Source of the DNA: an uncultured Bacteroidota bacterium
Lineage (GTDB): Bacteria > Bacteroidota > Bacteroidia > Flavobacteriales > Flavobacteriaceae
Length of the DNA stretch: 64,000 bases
NCBI GenBank assembly: GCA_902520765.1
Contig: CABYPG010000008.1
Location: forward strand, 4,859 to 68,858
Reading direction: 5' to 3'
Shown here in pieces: positions 8,468 through 18,845 of the stretch. The position numbers and the translations under genes were made by a program. Every line of letters starts with the position of its first letter. Within the stretch, counting starts at the first letter, position 1. The notes below the pieces were generated by a model. That model made no database searches. It was given only the letters and a program-made list of their open reading frames with translations, and was not told where the DNA came from.

Positions 8468-11003
8468 TTATTTCTTACTAAAGATTCGGTTAATTGGAGT
8501 AATTTTTTTTGTGGGAAATATATTTTATGCACAAACTAGTGGATTTGTAAAGGGAAAGACTTATAAACTTGATTCAATAAGTGTCAGTGGAATAAAGACA
8601 TTTAACGAGCAAACCGTGATTTCCTATAGTGGACTAAATAAAGGTGAAAAAATTAAAGTCCCCGGAGAAAAAATTAGTGCTATGATTAATAAACTTTGGG
8701 CATTAGAACTGTTCAGTGATATTAATGTTTTTGTAACTAAAGTGAATAACAGTAGCATATCTCTAGAATTAGAAATTGTTGAGCTTCCAACATTAACTAA
8801 TGTAAAAATTAATGGCTTAAAAAAATCTAAAATCGATGTTATTATTAAAGATACAGATATGGTTGAAGGAAAAAAACTTTCAGAAAGTTTTTTAACTAAT
8901 ACTAAAAATTATATCATAAATAAATTTCAAAAAGAAGGATTTTTAGACACAAAAGTCTCATTAAATACTATAAAAGATACAGTTGGTGCAAACTCATTTA
9001 AAATGGTTGTTAATGTTGATAGAGGGTCACGAATTAAGATAAGGGATGTTAATTTTGAAGGAAATGAGATATTTAAACAGACTAAATTAAAATCGAAACT
9101 AAAAAATACCAAATCGAAAAATCCTATACGTGTTTGGAAGAGATCAAAATATATAGTAGATGATTTTAAAGAAGATCTGGTCGGATTGATTGACTTTTAT
9201 AAGGAACAAGGTTATAGAGATGCTAGAATACTCTCAGATACGCTCATTAGAGATGAAAAAGAATCAAAATCGATAACTCTAAATCTAGAAATTGAAGAAG
9301 GTAATAAATATTATTTTGGAGACATTAATTTCATCGGAAATGCTGTCTACTCTAATGATGTTCTACAACAAATTTTAGGCCTTAAGAAAGGAGATGTTTA
9401 CAATGGTGTAATACTAAAAAAAAGGATTGCTGATACCAGTAAACCAGATGGAAATGATATAACTAACTTATATCAAAACAATGGATATCTTTTTTCTAAC
9501 ATAAATGCAGTTGAAGTAAGCGCGGTAGAAGATACGATCAATTTTGAGATTAGAATTACAGAGGGCAAATTAGCAAACTTTAATAAAATAGTTGTTGAAG
9601 GAAACACAAAAACGAATGATCATGTAATTTACAGAGAGCTCCGTACAAAACCAGGTGAGCTTTATAGTAAAGACAAATTAGTAAGAACAGTTCGAGAAGT
9701 TGGGCAACTGGGTTTCTTTGATGCAGAACAAATAAACCCACAGATGGAAAATGTTGATCCTAACTCAGGGACAATTGATGTCCGTTTTGATTTAGTTGAG
9801 TCCGGAGCAAGTCAAATAGAACTTCAAGGAGGATATGGTCAAGGAGGATTTATTGGAACATTAGGGCTTTCATTTAATAACTTTTCGATGAGAAATATTT
9901 TGGACAAAACGAAATACAAACCACTCCCAATGGGTGATGGACAGACACTAGCACTAAGACTTCAGGCGAGTCAATTTTATAACACGTACAGTTTTAGTTT
10001 TTCCGAACCTTGGCTTGGTGGGCAACAACCAGTCCAGTTTTCAACCTCACTGCAACATACAATTCAATATAGATATGACTTTTTTACAGGTCTAGCAGAC
10101 AAGTCTCAATCTTTTCAAATAAGCGGTGCAACAATTGGATTAGCAAAAAGACTTAGAATTCCAGATGACTTCTTCCAGCTTTCACAGGCTATTTCATTTC
10201 AATACTATAACTTAAAGAACTACTATACAGGACTATTTACATTCGGTGACGGTCAAGCAAATAATCTTTCATACACAATTAACCTTACTAGAAATAATAC
10301 TAGAATTAATCCAATATTCCCAACTGGTGGATCTACATTTAGCATTAGTGCAAAATTAACACCTCCATACTCTCTGTTTAGCAAGAAAGATTTTTCAAAC
10401 CTTGGACTTTTAGCAGAATTTCAAGACGAAAATGGTAATCCAGATCTTGCTCAAATAGACCAAGAAAAATTTAGATGGCTCGAATTTTATAAAATCAAGT
10501 TTAATGGAACTTGGTACACACCTATTTATGAAAAATTAATTCTTAAAACACAGGCAGATTTTGGGTTTTTAGGTACTTATAATCTTGCACGTGGTAATAT
10601 TCCATTCGAACGATTTTTTTTAGGTGGTGATGGAATGATAAATTATGCTCTAGATGGACGTGAAACTATCGCTTTACGCGGCTATCCTAATCAATCTCTT
10701 TCTAGTACTGATGGCTCCGTAATTTTTAATAAATTTTCTTTAGAGCTCCGTTATCCAATCACACTTAAACCGAGTGCCTCAATATATGCTCTAACTTTTC
10801 TAGAAGCAGGAAATGGTTATAGTAGCTTTAGAGAATTTGATCCTTTCAGATCCAAGCGTTCAGCAGGTGCTGGAGTAAGAATATTTATGCCTGCTTTTGG
10901 TTTACTTGGAATAGATTTTGGATACGGTTTTGACAATGTGAATTCAAATTTGACTACACCTAATGGATGGGAAACTCACTTTGTTATTGGGCAAAGATTC
11001 TAA
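8439..11003 (+). CDS. bamA: Outer membrane protein assembly factor BamA
   Basis: 854 aa with a signal peptide, a POTRA repeat region and a C-terminal Omp85 barrel ending HFVIGQRF. The only usable in-frame start is TTG 8439, which overlaps uppS by 29 nt, so the start is uncertain. Confidence 0.88.
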   Translation: MEKLANKSYNYFLLKIRLIGVIFFVGNIFYAQTSGFVKGKTYKLDSISVSGIKTFNEQTVISYSGLNKGEKIKVPGEKISAMINKLWALELFSDINVFVTKVNNSSISLELEIVELPTLTNVKINGLKKSKIDVIIKDTDMVEGKKLSESFLTNTKNYIINKFQKEGFLDTKVSLNTIKDTVGANSFKMVVNVDRGSRIKIRDVNFEGNEIFKQTKLKSKLKNTKSKNPIRVWKRSKYIVDDFKEDLVGLIDFYKEQGYRDARILSDTLIRDEKESKSITLNLEIEEGNKYYFGDINFIGNAVYSNDVLQQILGLKKGDVYNGVILKKRIADTSKPDGNDITNLYQNNGYLFSNINAVEVSAVEDTINFEIRITEGKLANFNKIVVEGNTKTNDHVIYRELRTKPGELYSKDKLVRTVREVGQLGFFDAEQINPQMENVDPNSGTIDVRFDLVESGASQIELQGGYGQGGFIGTLGLSFNNFSMRNILDKTKYKPLPMGDGQTLALRLQASQFYNTYSFSFSEPWLGGQQPVQFSTSLQHTIQYRYDFFTGLADKSQSFQISGATIGLAKRLRIPDDFFQLSQAISFQYYNLKNYYTGLFTFGDGQANNLSYTINLTRNNTRINPIFPTGGSTFSISAKLTPPYSLFSKKDFSNLGLLAEFQDENGNPDLAQIDQEKFRWLEFYKIKFNGTWYTPIYEKLILKTQADFGFLGTYNLARGNIPFERFFLGGDGMINYALDGRETIALRGYPNQSLSSTDGSVIFNKFSLELRYPITLKPSASIYALTFLEAGNGYSSFREFDPFRSKRSAGAGVRIFMPAFGLLGIDFGYGFDNVNSNLTTPNGWETHFVIGQRF

Positions 11004-11038
11004 ATAAAAAATCAAAGAGGCTACAAACGTTTGCAATA

Positions 11039-11046
11039 TAATTTTG
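11039..11046 (+). promoter_or_regulatory. Candidate -7 promoter box (TAATTTTG) for the ompH/skp pair
   Basis: Exact TAnnTTTG match 19 nt upstream of ATG 11066. Confidence 0.3.
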
Positions 11047-11065
11047 ATTATCCCGTTATTACGTT

Positions 11066-11647
11066 ATGCTTAAAAGAAATCTATACAAATTGATTTTTTT
11101 ATTTGTGTGCATTGCAACTTTTGCTCAAAAGGGAACAAGAGTTGGCTACATGGATATGAATGTAATTCTTGAAAATATATCAGAATATAATAAGGCAAAT
11201 GATTTACTAGATAAGAATATTGAAAAATGGAAGAAAGAAATTGAATTAAAAAAAATTCAATTAAGGCAATATGAAGAACAGCTTAATGTTGAAAGAATAC
11301 TTCTAACCCCCGAACTCATCAAAGACAGAGAAGTGGAGATCCAAATATTTGCCACTGAAATCATATCCTTACAAGAAAAACGTTTTGGTCCAAAGGGAGA
11401 CATGATTGTTCAACGATCAAAACTAATCCAGCCTGTACAGGATCAAGTTCTATCTGTTGTTAAGCAAATCGCTGAAGAAAAAAAATACGATTTTATTTTT
11501 GACCGATCTTCAAGCTTAACGATGTTATATTCCGCAAAAAATTACGATATTAGTGATCTAGTAATAAAAAGAATCAATAGACAGCAACGCATTCAAAATA
11601 GAAAGGATCAAATAGAAAAATTAAAATCTAAATCAAAAGATCCTTAA
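11066..11647 (+). CDS. OmpH/Skp family periplasmic chaperone
   Basis: 193 aa with a signal peptide followed by a Lys/Glu/Gln-rich coiled-coil body. It lies immediately downstream of bamA. Confidence 0.85.
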   Translation: MLKRNLYKLIFLFVCIATFAQKGTRVGYMDMNVILENISEYNKANDLLDKNIEKWKKEIELKKIQLRQYEEQLNVERILLTPELIKDREVEIQIFATEIISLQEKRFGPKGDMIVQRSKLIQPVQDQVLSVVKQIAEEKKYDFIFDRSSSLTMLYSAKNYDISDLVIKRINRQQRIQNRKDQIEKLKSKSKDP

Positions 11648-11669
11648 ATAATTAAAAAATTTGATAATT

Positions 11670-12176
11670 ATGAAATACTTTAATACCCTAATTGTTAGTT
11701 TATTTTTAATAGCCCTTCCACTAAATATTAATGCTCAATCAAAAGTCGCTCACATTAATACTCAGCAATTAATAAGTGAGATGCCAGAAGTTATAGCAGC
11801 TCAGAAGGAATTGAAAAAACTTGAAGATCAATATGCAAAGGAATTAGAGACATCTGCTAAAGAATTTCAAACAAAAGCCCAAAGTTATCAAGGAGATGCC
11901 GAAAACCAAACAGAATTAATTAACCAGCAAAGACAAGTCGAATTACAAGAAATGCAGAAAAGAATTCAAGAATTTCGAGAAACAGCTGCACAAGAACTTC
12001 AAAAACGTTCTTCAGAAATGATGCGCCCACTCTATGAAAAGGCGCGTACATCAATAGAAAAGGTAGCCGCTGCACAAGGATTTGATTATGTTTTAGATTC
12101 TAGCCCAGGCGGAAGTGTAATAATGGCTACCGGTAAAGACCTAATTGCAGATGTAAAATCTGATTTAGGTTTCTAA
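11670..12176 (+). CDS. OmpH/Skp family periplasmic chaperone (second copy)
   Basis: ATG 11670 (MKYFNTLIVSLFLIALPLNINAQ) is preferred over TTG 11661. The body is a coiled-coil Q/E/K-rich region, and the protein is a paralogue of the preceding gene. Confidence 0.85.
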   Translation: MKYFNTLIVSLFLIALPLNINAQSKVAHINTQQLISEMPEVIAAQKELKKLEDQYAKELETSAKEFQTKAQSYQGDAENQTELINQQRQVELQEMQKRIQEFRETAAQELQKRSSEMMRPLYEKARTSIEKVAAAQGFDYVLDSSPGGSVIMATGKDLIADVKSDLGF

Positions 12177-12205
12177 ATAAGTTATTAATTTTTACAAATA
12201 AATTT

Positions 12206-12236
12206 AGGCCACGTTAATTGTGGCTTTCATTTTTTG
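12206..12236 (+). terminator. Candidate intrinsic terminator after the second ompH
   Basis: A 7-bp stem AGGCCAC / GUGGCUU (one G-U pair) with a 7-nt loop is followed by TCATTTTTT, 30 nt after the ompH stop. The U-tract overlaps the stop codon of the convergent gene. Confidence 0.45.
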
Positions 12237-12739
12237 TACCAACTTGCATAAAGATTATAATTCTCTGCGATTCTTTCAACTTCGTTTTTCTGAAGCTTTT
12301 TATCTATCTCTTTAATTTTTCTTGCGGGAATACCCGCAAAGATTGATCCTGGCGGGACAATAGTATTTTGAGTCAATACAGCTCCTGCTGCAATTATACT
12401 ATTACTATGAATCACACAATTATCCATTATAATACTTCCCATACCAATGAGTACATTGTCATGTAATTTACATCCATGAATAATAGCATTGTGACCAATT
12501 GATACATTATCTCCAATATTCGTAGAAGTTTTTTTATATGTGCCGTGAATAATAACACCATCTTGGATATTAACTTTATTTCCAATACGAATAGAGTTGA
12601 CATCACCTCTAATGACAGCTTGGAACCATATAGAAACTTGGTCACCAATAATTACATCACCTATAATTGTAGAATTCTCAGCAAAATAACAGTCTTTCCC
12701 AAATTTGGGATTGTAGCCTCTTACAGATTTTATAAACAC
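12227..12739 (-). CDS. Gamma carbonic anhydrase family / hexapeptide-repeat protein
   Basis: Left-handed beta-helix hexapeptide repeats with His positions typical of gamma-CA (IIHGT..., IGHNAIIHGC). GTG 12739 gives MFIKSVRGYNPKFGKDCYFAE and 170 aa, the usual family N-terminus and length. The ORF track start at 12817 would add 26 hydrophobic residues. Confidence 0.8.
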   Translation of the reverse strand: MFIKSVRGYNPKFGKDCYFAENSTIIGDVIIGDQVSIWFQAVIRGDVNSIRIGNKVNIQDGVIIHGTYKKTSTNIGDNVSIGHNAIIHGCKLHDNVLIGMGSIIMDNCVIHSNSIIAAGAVLTQNTIVPPGSIFAGIPARKIKEIDKKLQKNEVERIAENYNLYASWYKK

Positions 12740-12848
12740 AACATTTGTTTTTAATGCAAAATACAAAAAGATTATTTTCAAATTAAATGTCAACTTTTTC
12801 AAATTTTTCTTAAGCATTAGTTATTTTTATAATGTATAAATACAAGCT

Positions 12849-13724
12849 GTGAAAAAGTATAAAATAACCGCAAACATAAAAAAAGGAGATGATAAGGCTC
12901 AATTTTTGTTTAATCATATAATTGGATATAAGAAATCTCAGTTTTACAAAAATGTTGATGATGCGAAAGGTGCTCCTTTAATTCAACAACTATTCTTTCT
13001 GCCTTTTGTTAAATCAGTACTACTTGAAGAAAAGTATCTAATTGTTGAACGTTTCAATATTTTAGAATGGGAGGAAGTTGCTGACGAAGTTTGTGAGCAG
13101 TTAGAAAGTTATTTAAATAACGGAGGATCCATAATTGAAAAAATTCCAACTACTGTCTATGCGGAGAGCACACCTAACCCATCTGTGATGAAATTTGTTG
13201 CTAATAAATCTCTGGTGTCTAAGAGTTTTGAGTTTAAAAATATTGATGAAGCCAAAACATCCCCTCTGGCTCAGAAGCTTTTTCATTTTCCATTTATCAA
13301 AGAAATCTTTATAAATTCTAACTATATATCAATTACTAAATATGAAATTAATTCATGGGATGAAGTTGTGATGGAAATTAGAGAATTTGTGCGCTCTTTT
13401 TTAGAGGAAGGGAATATTATTATTGAAGAATCAAAAGAACTTAAAAGAGATGTCAAAAATGCTTCTGGTCTTAAAAATCTAAATGCTTTGGAAAAGCAAA
13501 TTATTTCAATTCTAAAAGAATATATTCAACCAGCTGTTGCATCTGATGGTGGAAATATCGAGTTCGATTCTTATGATTCCAATAAAAAATCTGTACAAGT
13601 TATTCTTCAAGGTGCTTGCAGTGGATGTCCATCTTCAACATTAACACTGAAAAATGGTATCGAAACAATGCTTAAAGAAATGATGCCTGGTAAAATAGAA
13701 AATGTTGTAGCCTTAAATGGCTAA
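12849..13724 (+). CDS. NifU/Nfu family Fe-S cluster assembly protein
   Basis: 291 aa with a GTG start. Two tandem Nfu_N-like repeats (PLIQQLFFLPFVKSVLL / PLAQKLFHFPFIKEIFI) precede a NifU C-terminal domain with CSGCPSS. Confidence 0.85.
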   Translation: MKKYKITANIKKGDDKAQFLFNHIIGYKKSQFYKNVDDAKGAPLIQQLFFLPFVKSVLLEEKYLIVERFNILEWEEVADEVCEQLESYLNNGGSIIEKIPTTVYAESTPNPSVMKFVANKSLVSKSFEFKNIDEAKTSPLAQKLFHFPFIKEIFINSNYISITKYEINSWDEVVMEIREFVRSFLEEGNIIIEESKELKRDVKNASGLKNLNALEKQIISILKEYIQPAVASDGGNIEFDSYDSNKKSVQVILQGACSGCPSSTLTLKNGIETMLKEMMPGKIENVVALNG

Positions 13725-13727
13725 CAT

Positions 13728-14408
13728 TTATTTTCTATTAGGACCCTGTGTCTGAAAGTCTTTAAGATAATAGGGCTCAAAAAGTGCTAAATCTTCAAAG
13801 TTTCTATCTTTAAAGTTATTCCAGCAAATATCACACATGTCTATTGCAGATGGAAAGTGTTCTTCATTATAATGTGCATTTATTTTTGGCTTAAGGGTTT
13901 TAAATTTTGATGCTCCATTTCCAATTATTAAGCATGATCCATTTTCAACTTTATCAAAAAAGCTGTTTTCCGATAGTACAAAAGCATTTGTTTTTTGAAT
14001 ATACCTTTTTTTAGCATCAAATATAGCAGAATATACTTCCATCCTTCTGGCATCTAACATAGGAATTAAGTAATTGTATTCATTTTTATGAAAAAAAGGA
14101 GCTGCCATAATTTCAAGAGTATTTATACCTATAAGTGGTATTCCTTGTGCAAAGCAAATACCCTTAGCAGCAGCTACACCAATTCTTAGCCCAGTATAAG
14201 ACCCTGGGCCTTTACTCACTGCTACTGCATTAAGATCGGGTGTTTTGATTTTTATTTTTTCAAGTATTTCTTTTATAAAAACATGAAGTTTTTCTCCATG
14301 GATGAATTTATTTGCAAATAATTGTTTACCAATAATATATTCTCCTTTGTAAGCAATTGAAACTGAACATTGCATTGTTGAAGTCTCTATGTGTAGAATG
14401 TAAGACAT
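13728..14408 (-). CDS. tsaB: tRNA threonylcarbamoyladenosine biosynthesis protein TsaB
   Basis: 226 aa with ILHIETSTMQCSVSI and GPGSYTGLRIG blocks. Confidence 0.88.
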   Translation of the reverse strand: MSYILHIETSTMQCSVSIAYKGEYIIGKQLFANKFIHGEKLHVFIKEILEKIKIKTPDLNAVAVSKGPGSYTGLRIGVAAAKGICFAQGIPLIGINTLEIMAAPFFHKNEYNYLIPMLDARRMEVYSAIFDAKKRYIQKTNAFVLSENSFFDKVENGSCLIIGNGASKFKTLKPKINAHYNEEHFPSAIDMCDICWNNFKDRNFEDLALFEPYYLKDFQTQGPNRK

Positions 14409-14415
14409 AAATTGA

Positions 14416-15210
14416 TTAAAATGTTCCTAAAGAACTACCTCCATCAACTCTGATAACTCCACCATTAGAAGCCGAAGAATGATGACTGCAAAGATAGGCT
14501 ATTGTCGTCGCCACCTCGTTTGTTGAAGCAAATCTTTTTATCAATGAGGTTTTTCTTTCATCGTTAAAAAAATTCTTTTCAACTTGATTTTTAGTTACAT
14601 TTTCTAATTTGGATTTAATTTCTAAAAAGTTTTTTGCACCATCACTTAAAGTAGATCCTGGAACAACTACGTTAGAAGTTACATTTGATCCTTCCGCAAG
14701 TTGAGCTATTCCTCTTGAAAGAGAGTGCAAAGCAGCTTTTGTCGAACTATATGAAATTAAATCTGTAGGAGCTAAATAAACACATTCACTTGAAATAAAT
14801 ATAACTCTTCCCCAATTTCTAGCGATCATACCTTCTAAAAAATGTTTAGTCAATGTAACTCCACTCATAACATTAACTTGGAATTGGTCATACCAAGTTT
14901 TTTTTGGAGTGTCAACAAAAGATGTCGAAGTGTATATCCCTACATTATTTATAAGGACATCAACATCTTTTAAAGAATATAGAAGATTCTTTACTTGTAC
15001 TTGCTTGAGAAAGTCAGCTACAATACCTTTAACCTCCGATCCCTTAATTTCTTTTTTTAAATATTCTACTGCTTTCTTAACAGTCTTTTCACTCCTGCCA
15101 TTTATGTAAACAGTCATACCTTCATTTAACAGAATCCTTGCCGTCTCTAAGCCTATTCCTGAAGTTGAACCCGAAATAAAGGCTTTTTTACCTCTTAAAT
15201 TAAAATCCAT
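14416..15210 (-). CDS. Short-chain dehydrogenase/reductase (SDR) family oxidoreductase
   Basis: Contains the SGSTSGIG cofactor loop, NNVG and YSSTK (YxxxK). ATG 15210 (MDFNLRGKKAF...) is preferred. The TTG at 15216 in the ORF track would abut the upstream stop. Confidence 0.88.
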   Translation of the reverse strand: MDFNLRGKKAFISGSTSGIGLETARILLNEGMTVYINGRSEKTVKKAVEYLKKEIKGSEVKGIVADFLKQVQVKNLLYSLKDVDVLINNVGIYTSTSFVDTPKKTWYDQFQVNVMSGVTLTKHFLEGMIARNWGRVIFISSECVYLAPTDLISYSSTKAALHSLSRGIAQLAEGSNVTSNVVVPGSTLSDGAKNFLEIKSKLENVTKNQVEKNFFNDERKTSLIKRFASTNEVATTIAYLCSHHSSASNGGVIRVDGGSSLGTF

Positions 15211-15216
15211 TTTCAA

Positions 15217-16173
15217 TTAGATCCATGAAGTTTTCCCCAAAAGTTTTTCTCCTAGTAAGGATAATTTTGCCGTTTCATACTTTTTTTGCTCCCAATTTCT
15301 TGGATCTCCAGGAAATGCATATCCTTCTGGTGCTATCCTATTTTTCCAAGAGTTTATCCTCCACTGCTTAAGAAGTTTGTTATCTTCTTCTGCAGGCATC
15401 ATCGATATATATTGGGCAATACGGACTTTATCTTTTGAGAGATTAGGACGTATTCCGTGCGGTAGGAGACTATTAAAAATAAGTAAATCCCCTGCTTCCA
15501 TTGCTACTTTTTCAATATAATTTTCAATACCTGAAATATCAGGCTGAAAGCGATTTCTATCCTCTGGTTGCGATAATTTCCACAAATCATAGTTTTGAAA
15601 TAACCACGGTATACACTGAAATCCTCCCATATTTATATCTTTTTGATCTGACAATGCGATTACACCTTGGACATTTTGAGGATTAGTTTCTGGATCATAA
15701 TCCCAATGAATGAATCCCTTATACTCAAAGCCCTTCTTGATAGGAAAATTTAAATTTGCTCGGTCAATTGTAACCCATAGCTTTTCTGTTCCCCAGATAT
15801 CGACAAAAGCATCATAAACTTTATGAGTCTGACGATTATCCCACAAATGCTGGTTATTATAGACCTCAACCATACCTGTTCCTGCAAGCTCTTTCATTTG
15901 CATTTCAGCTCTAGGTGGCCTATACCAAGTGGAAATATCTTTTGGACTTTTCTCTTCGAATTCCCATAAGAAAGCAGCTGTGGCTTCAGCTTGTTTTTTT
16001 GGTATTGCTTTTTTAATAACGATGTATCCTTTTCGAATCCAAAAAGACCATTGTTTTTCAGTCAAAACTCTTAGAGGACTTCTATTTTGACGATCGTTAA
16101 GCTTTTTTGAACTACTTTTTGCAGTAGATGGATTACCAGGAATTTCTTTATGTTCGCTAGCGTACTTATTCAC
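15217..16173 (-). CDS. Phytanoyl-CoA dioxygenase (PhyH) family Fe(II)/2-oxoglutarate oxygenase
   Basis: 318 aa with a GTG start. It carries an HxD facial-triad element (FIHWDYD), a distal His (LLPHGIRP) and an Arg (VRIAQY). The N-terminal ~35 residues are basic and low in complexity. Confidence 0.75.
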   Translation of the reverse strand: MNKYASEHKEIPGNPSTAKSSSKKLNDRQNRSPLRVLTEKQWSFWIRKGYIVIKKAIPKKQAEATAAFLWEFEEKSPKDISTWYRPPRAEMQMKELAGTGMVEVYNNQHLWDNRQTHKVYDAFVDIWGTEKLWVTIDRANLNFPIKKGFEYKGFIHWDYDPETNPQNVQGVIALSDQKDINMGGFQCIPWLFQNYDLWKLSQPEDRNRFQPDISGIENYIEKVAMEAGDLLIFNSLLPHGIRPNLSKDKVRIAQYISMMPAEEDNKLLKQWRINSWKNRIAPEGYAFPGDPRNWEQKKYETAKLSLLGEKLLGKTSWI

Positions 16174-16254
16174 GAATTAGTTATTATTTATATATAAATT
16201 TAATTAATTTGATCTTAAAGGAAATTTAAATAATTGAATTAAGAAAATTTAAAA

Positions 16255-17670
16255 CTAGACAGATATCTCAATTCCAAAATAAAATTCTAATACTTTTAAC
16301 TTGAAGATATAGTCATATTTTGCTCTAATATTATCAGATGAAGCAATTTCATAACGTTGTTTAATTTGTATAAAGTCAAATGAATTTAAAATGCCTGCTT
16401 CAAATTGTTTTTCTGCCATTAGATATGCTTCCTTTCTAGCTTTAAGTGTCTTTTCGGATGCCTGATAAAACTTGTAAGCCCCTTCTGCATTATTATAGGC
16501 TTGATTTATCGTATTTTCTAAATCTAACTTAGTTTGCTCGAATTGAACTTCTGATCTTTTTAAATTCAGTTTTCTTCTTTTAATATTATTCCTCAATGAA
16601 AGACCGTTAAATAATGGAATGTTTAAATTAAGTCCATAGCTGTGCCCATCATTTTGACGAAACTGATCAGTAAAAGATAAAGGCCCTGTTAGCTCTCTCT
16701 CAGGAAACTGAGATATCACAAGTGAACCATTTTCTTTTACAACCCCAATTGGGGTTTCTATTAGATTTCCCGTTTCTATAAATCGGTCACTATAAGATAT
16801 GCGTGTATTGTAATTATAAAATGCTGAAATTGTAGGTAATAGTGCGCCTTTTGCTAAATCAATATCTTTTTTTGCTATCTCAATATTGGTTGCTGCTACT
16901 TTTATATCATTTCTTAGGGTCAAAGATTTTTCAAAAATTTTTTTAGGTTTTTCTATGAGAATCTGTGAAAGAGGGATAGAATAATCTACATCTGCGATAT
17001 CAAAATTTTCATAATCTGTAATTAAAAGTGACTGAGCTAAATTAATTAATGAGAGCCGTGTGGTGTTTTCCGACTGAACCAAGGCCTGTTCTTGTGAAGC
17101 AAGATTAGCTTCAATTTCATAAATTTCTGCTTGAGTTTGAACTCCTGCAGCAATTCTAAGTTGGGTTCTTTCTAATTCTTGCTTTGCCAATTCAAGTTGA
17201 TAACGCTGAACTTGTTCTAACTCTTTGTTAAACATCACTTGTAAATACGAGTTTGCAACAAAAAGGCTCACATCATCTTTCATATCCTCAAGCTGATATT
17301 GTCTTGATATGATGTTTAGATTAGCCCTAGCTAATTGATTTATATTTTGTTTACCATTAAATAATGTAACTCCTATATTTCCTCCAAAAGCAGAAAATTG
17401 AGTTGTCAGGTTTTCAATAAGACCGTTTGTAATGTTTTGACTTAATCCATTGTTCCAAATATGTTGAGATTGAGCATTTATATTGGGTAGAAAACTACCA
17501 ATCGCATCTAACCTATCGATATCAGCTCCATCTAAATCAAATTCTGATTGTTGGATTCTTATATTCTTTTCAAGAGCTATTGATACACATTCTTCTAAGG
17601 TGTAGGTTTTTAATTGTGCAATAAGAAATTGAAAGTTTAAAAATATCAAAATGCTGAAAATATTTTTCAT
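16255..17670 (-). CDS. tolC: TolC family outer membrane efflux protein
   Basis: 471 aa with a signal peptide and a duplicated OEP-type helical/beta repeat architecture. It is the last gene of the efflux operon. Confidence 0.88.
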   Translation of the reverse strand: MKNIFSILIFLNFQFLIAQLKTYTLEECVSIALEKNIRIQQSEFDLDGADIDRLDAIGSFLPNINAQSQHIWNNGLSQNITNGLIENLTTQFSAFGGNIGVTLFNGKQNINQLARANLNIISRQYQLEDMKDDVSLFVANSYLQVMFNKELEQVQRYQLELAKQELERTQLRIAAGVQTQAEIYEIEANLASQEQALVQSENTTRLSLINLAQSLLITDYENFDIADVDYSIPLSQILIEKPKKIFEKSLTLRNDIKVAATNIEIAKKDIDLAKGALLPTISAFYNYNTRISYSDRFIETGNLIETPIGVVKENGSLVISQFPERELTGPLSFTDQFRQNDGHSYGLNLNIPLFNGLSLRNNIKRRKLNLKRSEVQFEQTKLDLENTINQAYNNAEGAYKFYQASEKTLKARKEAYLMAEKQFEAGILNSFDFIQIKQRYEIASSDNIRAKYDYIFKLKVLEFYFGIEISV

Positions 17671-17705
17671 GATAAAATTGATTTAAATTTGATTAGTTTT
17701 TATTC

Positions 17706-18830
17706 CTACTTAAAACTATTTTGATTACCATCTTTTTTTAAAGGCTCCGTTTTATTCCAAACTTTAATTTTATCGTCTTCATTAATACCAGTGATAATTT
17801 CAACATTTACTCCATCAGAAATACCAATTTCGATATCCTTTCTTTCAAACTTTTGGTCACTAACTTCTATTTCAACATAAGGCTCTTCTGTTTTTGAATC
17901 AAATTGTAATAATGACTCTGATATAGCCATGACACTATCCTTTCTTTCTAGAATTAAGGAAGCATTAGCACTATACCCTGCACGTACGAAAATCGAATCA
18001 TTTAGAAATAAATCTGCTTCTATTTTGAATTGTACTGCTCCCTGTTCTTCATTCCCTTTTGGAGCAATAAACTTTAACTTAGCTTTTAGAGATTTGTCTT
18101 CAACCGCACCCAGATTTACCTCAAGAGGCATTCCAATTACTAATTTTCCAACCTCAGCTTCATCAACTTTTCCCTCAAAAATCATTTTGTTTAAATCTGC
18201 AATAGTTGCGACAGTAGTTCCTGCATTAAAACTGTTACTTGCAATTACTTGATCTCCTTTTTCAACAGGAATCTCAAGTACAGTACCCGCTACTGTGGCC
18301 CTAATATTCGTGTTAGCAGAAGCTGAACCACCTTTAGATCCTAATCTTATAATTTGTAAATCAGATTTTGAATTAGAGACATCTAATTTAGCTTGGTTAT
18401 AATTCAGCTCAACATTATCAAATTGTTGTTTTGATATAATCCCATTTTTGAATAAATTTTTGTTTCTTTCATATTCAATTTTTGCATTTTTTAAAATAAT
18501 TCTTGAATTAGCCAGTCTCCCTTCAGCACTATTTAAGTTTTGTTCGTTTGGAACTACTTTAATTTTTGCTAGTAGGTCTCCATTCTTTACCTGATCTCCC
18601 TCTTCTACATAAATTCCGTCAATAATACCTTGTATTTGCGGTGTAATTTCTACCTCATCTTCAGGTATTACTTTTCCAGTTACGACAGTTTTCTTTTCAA
18701 TAGATGTTTCAAACATCTTCTGTGTTTCAAAGGTTATTGCAGATTTATTGTTTGTTTTTACAAAAAATGCTGCCGCAAATAAGCTACCTGCTATTAAAAT
18801 CGAAATCCCGATGTATTTTAAAATTTTCAT
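17706..18830 (-). CDS. Efflux periplasmic adaptor subunit (HlyD/MacA family)
   Basis: 374 aa with an N-terminal anchor, a lipoyl-like block (GDQVKNGDLLAKI), a coiled-coil hairpin and a beta-barrel domain. Confidence 0.88.
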   Translation of the reverse strand: MKILKYIGISILIAGSLFAAAFFVKTNNKSAITFETQKMFETSIEKKTVVTGKVIPEDEVEITPQIQGIIDGIYVEEGDQVKNGDLLAKIKVVPNEQNLNSAEGRLANSRIILKNAKIEYERNKNLFKNGIISKQQFDNVELNYNQAKLDVSNSKSDLQIIRLGSKGGSASANTNIRATVAGTVLEIPVEKGDQVIASNSFNAGTTVATIADLNKMIFEGKVDEAEVGKLVIGMPLEVNLGAVEDKSLKAKLKFIAPKGNEEQGAVQFKIEADLFLNDSIFVRAGYSANASLILERKDSVMAISESLLQFDSKTEEPYVEIEVSDQKFERKDIEIGISDGVNVEIITGINEDDKIKVWNKTEPLKKDGNQNSFK

Positions 18831-18845
18831 TAGTTGTTTATAGTT

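Noticed and set aside
11024-11033. Perfect 10-bp palindrome CAAACGTTTG between bamA and ompH, considered as a possible operator or terminator.
   Set aside because: It has no loop, so it cannot form a terminator hairpin. At this base composition, 10-bp palindromes are expected on the order of a hundred times in 64 kb by chance.
12427-12648. Same-strand alternative-frame ORFs inside longer coding genes: 12427-12648 (gamma-CA gene), 32266-32472 (sprA), 58166-58360 (actC) and 62696-62887 (actA).
   Set aside because: All are embedded out of frame in well-supported genes and have no recognisable features.
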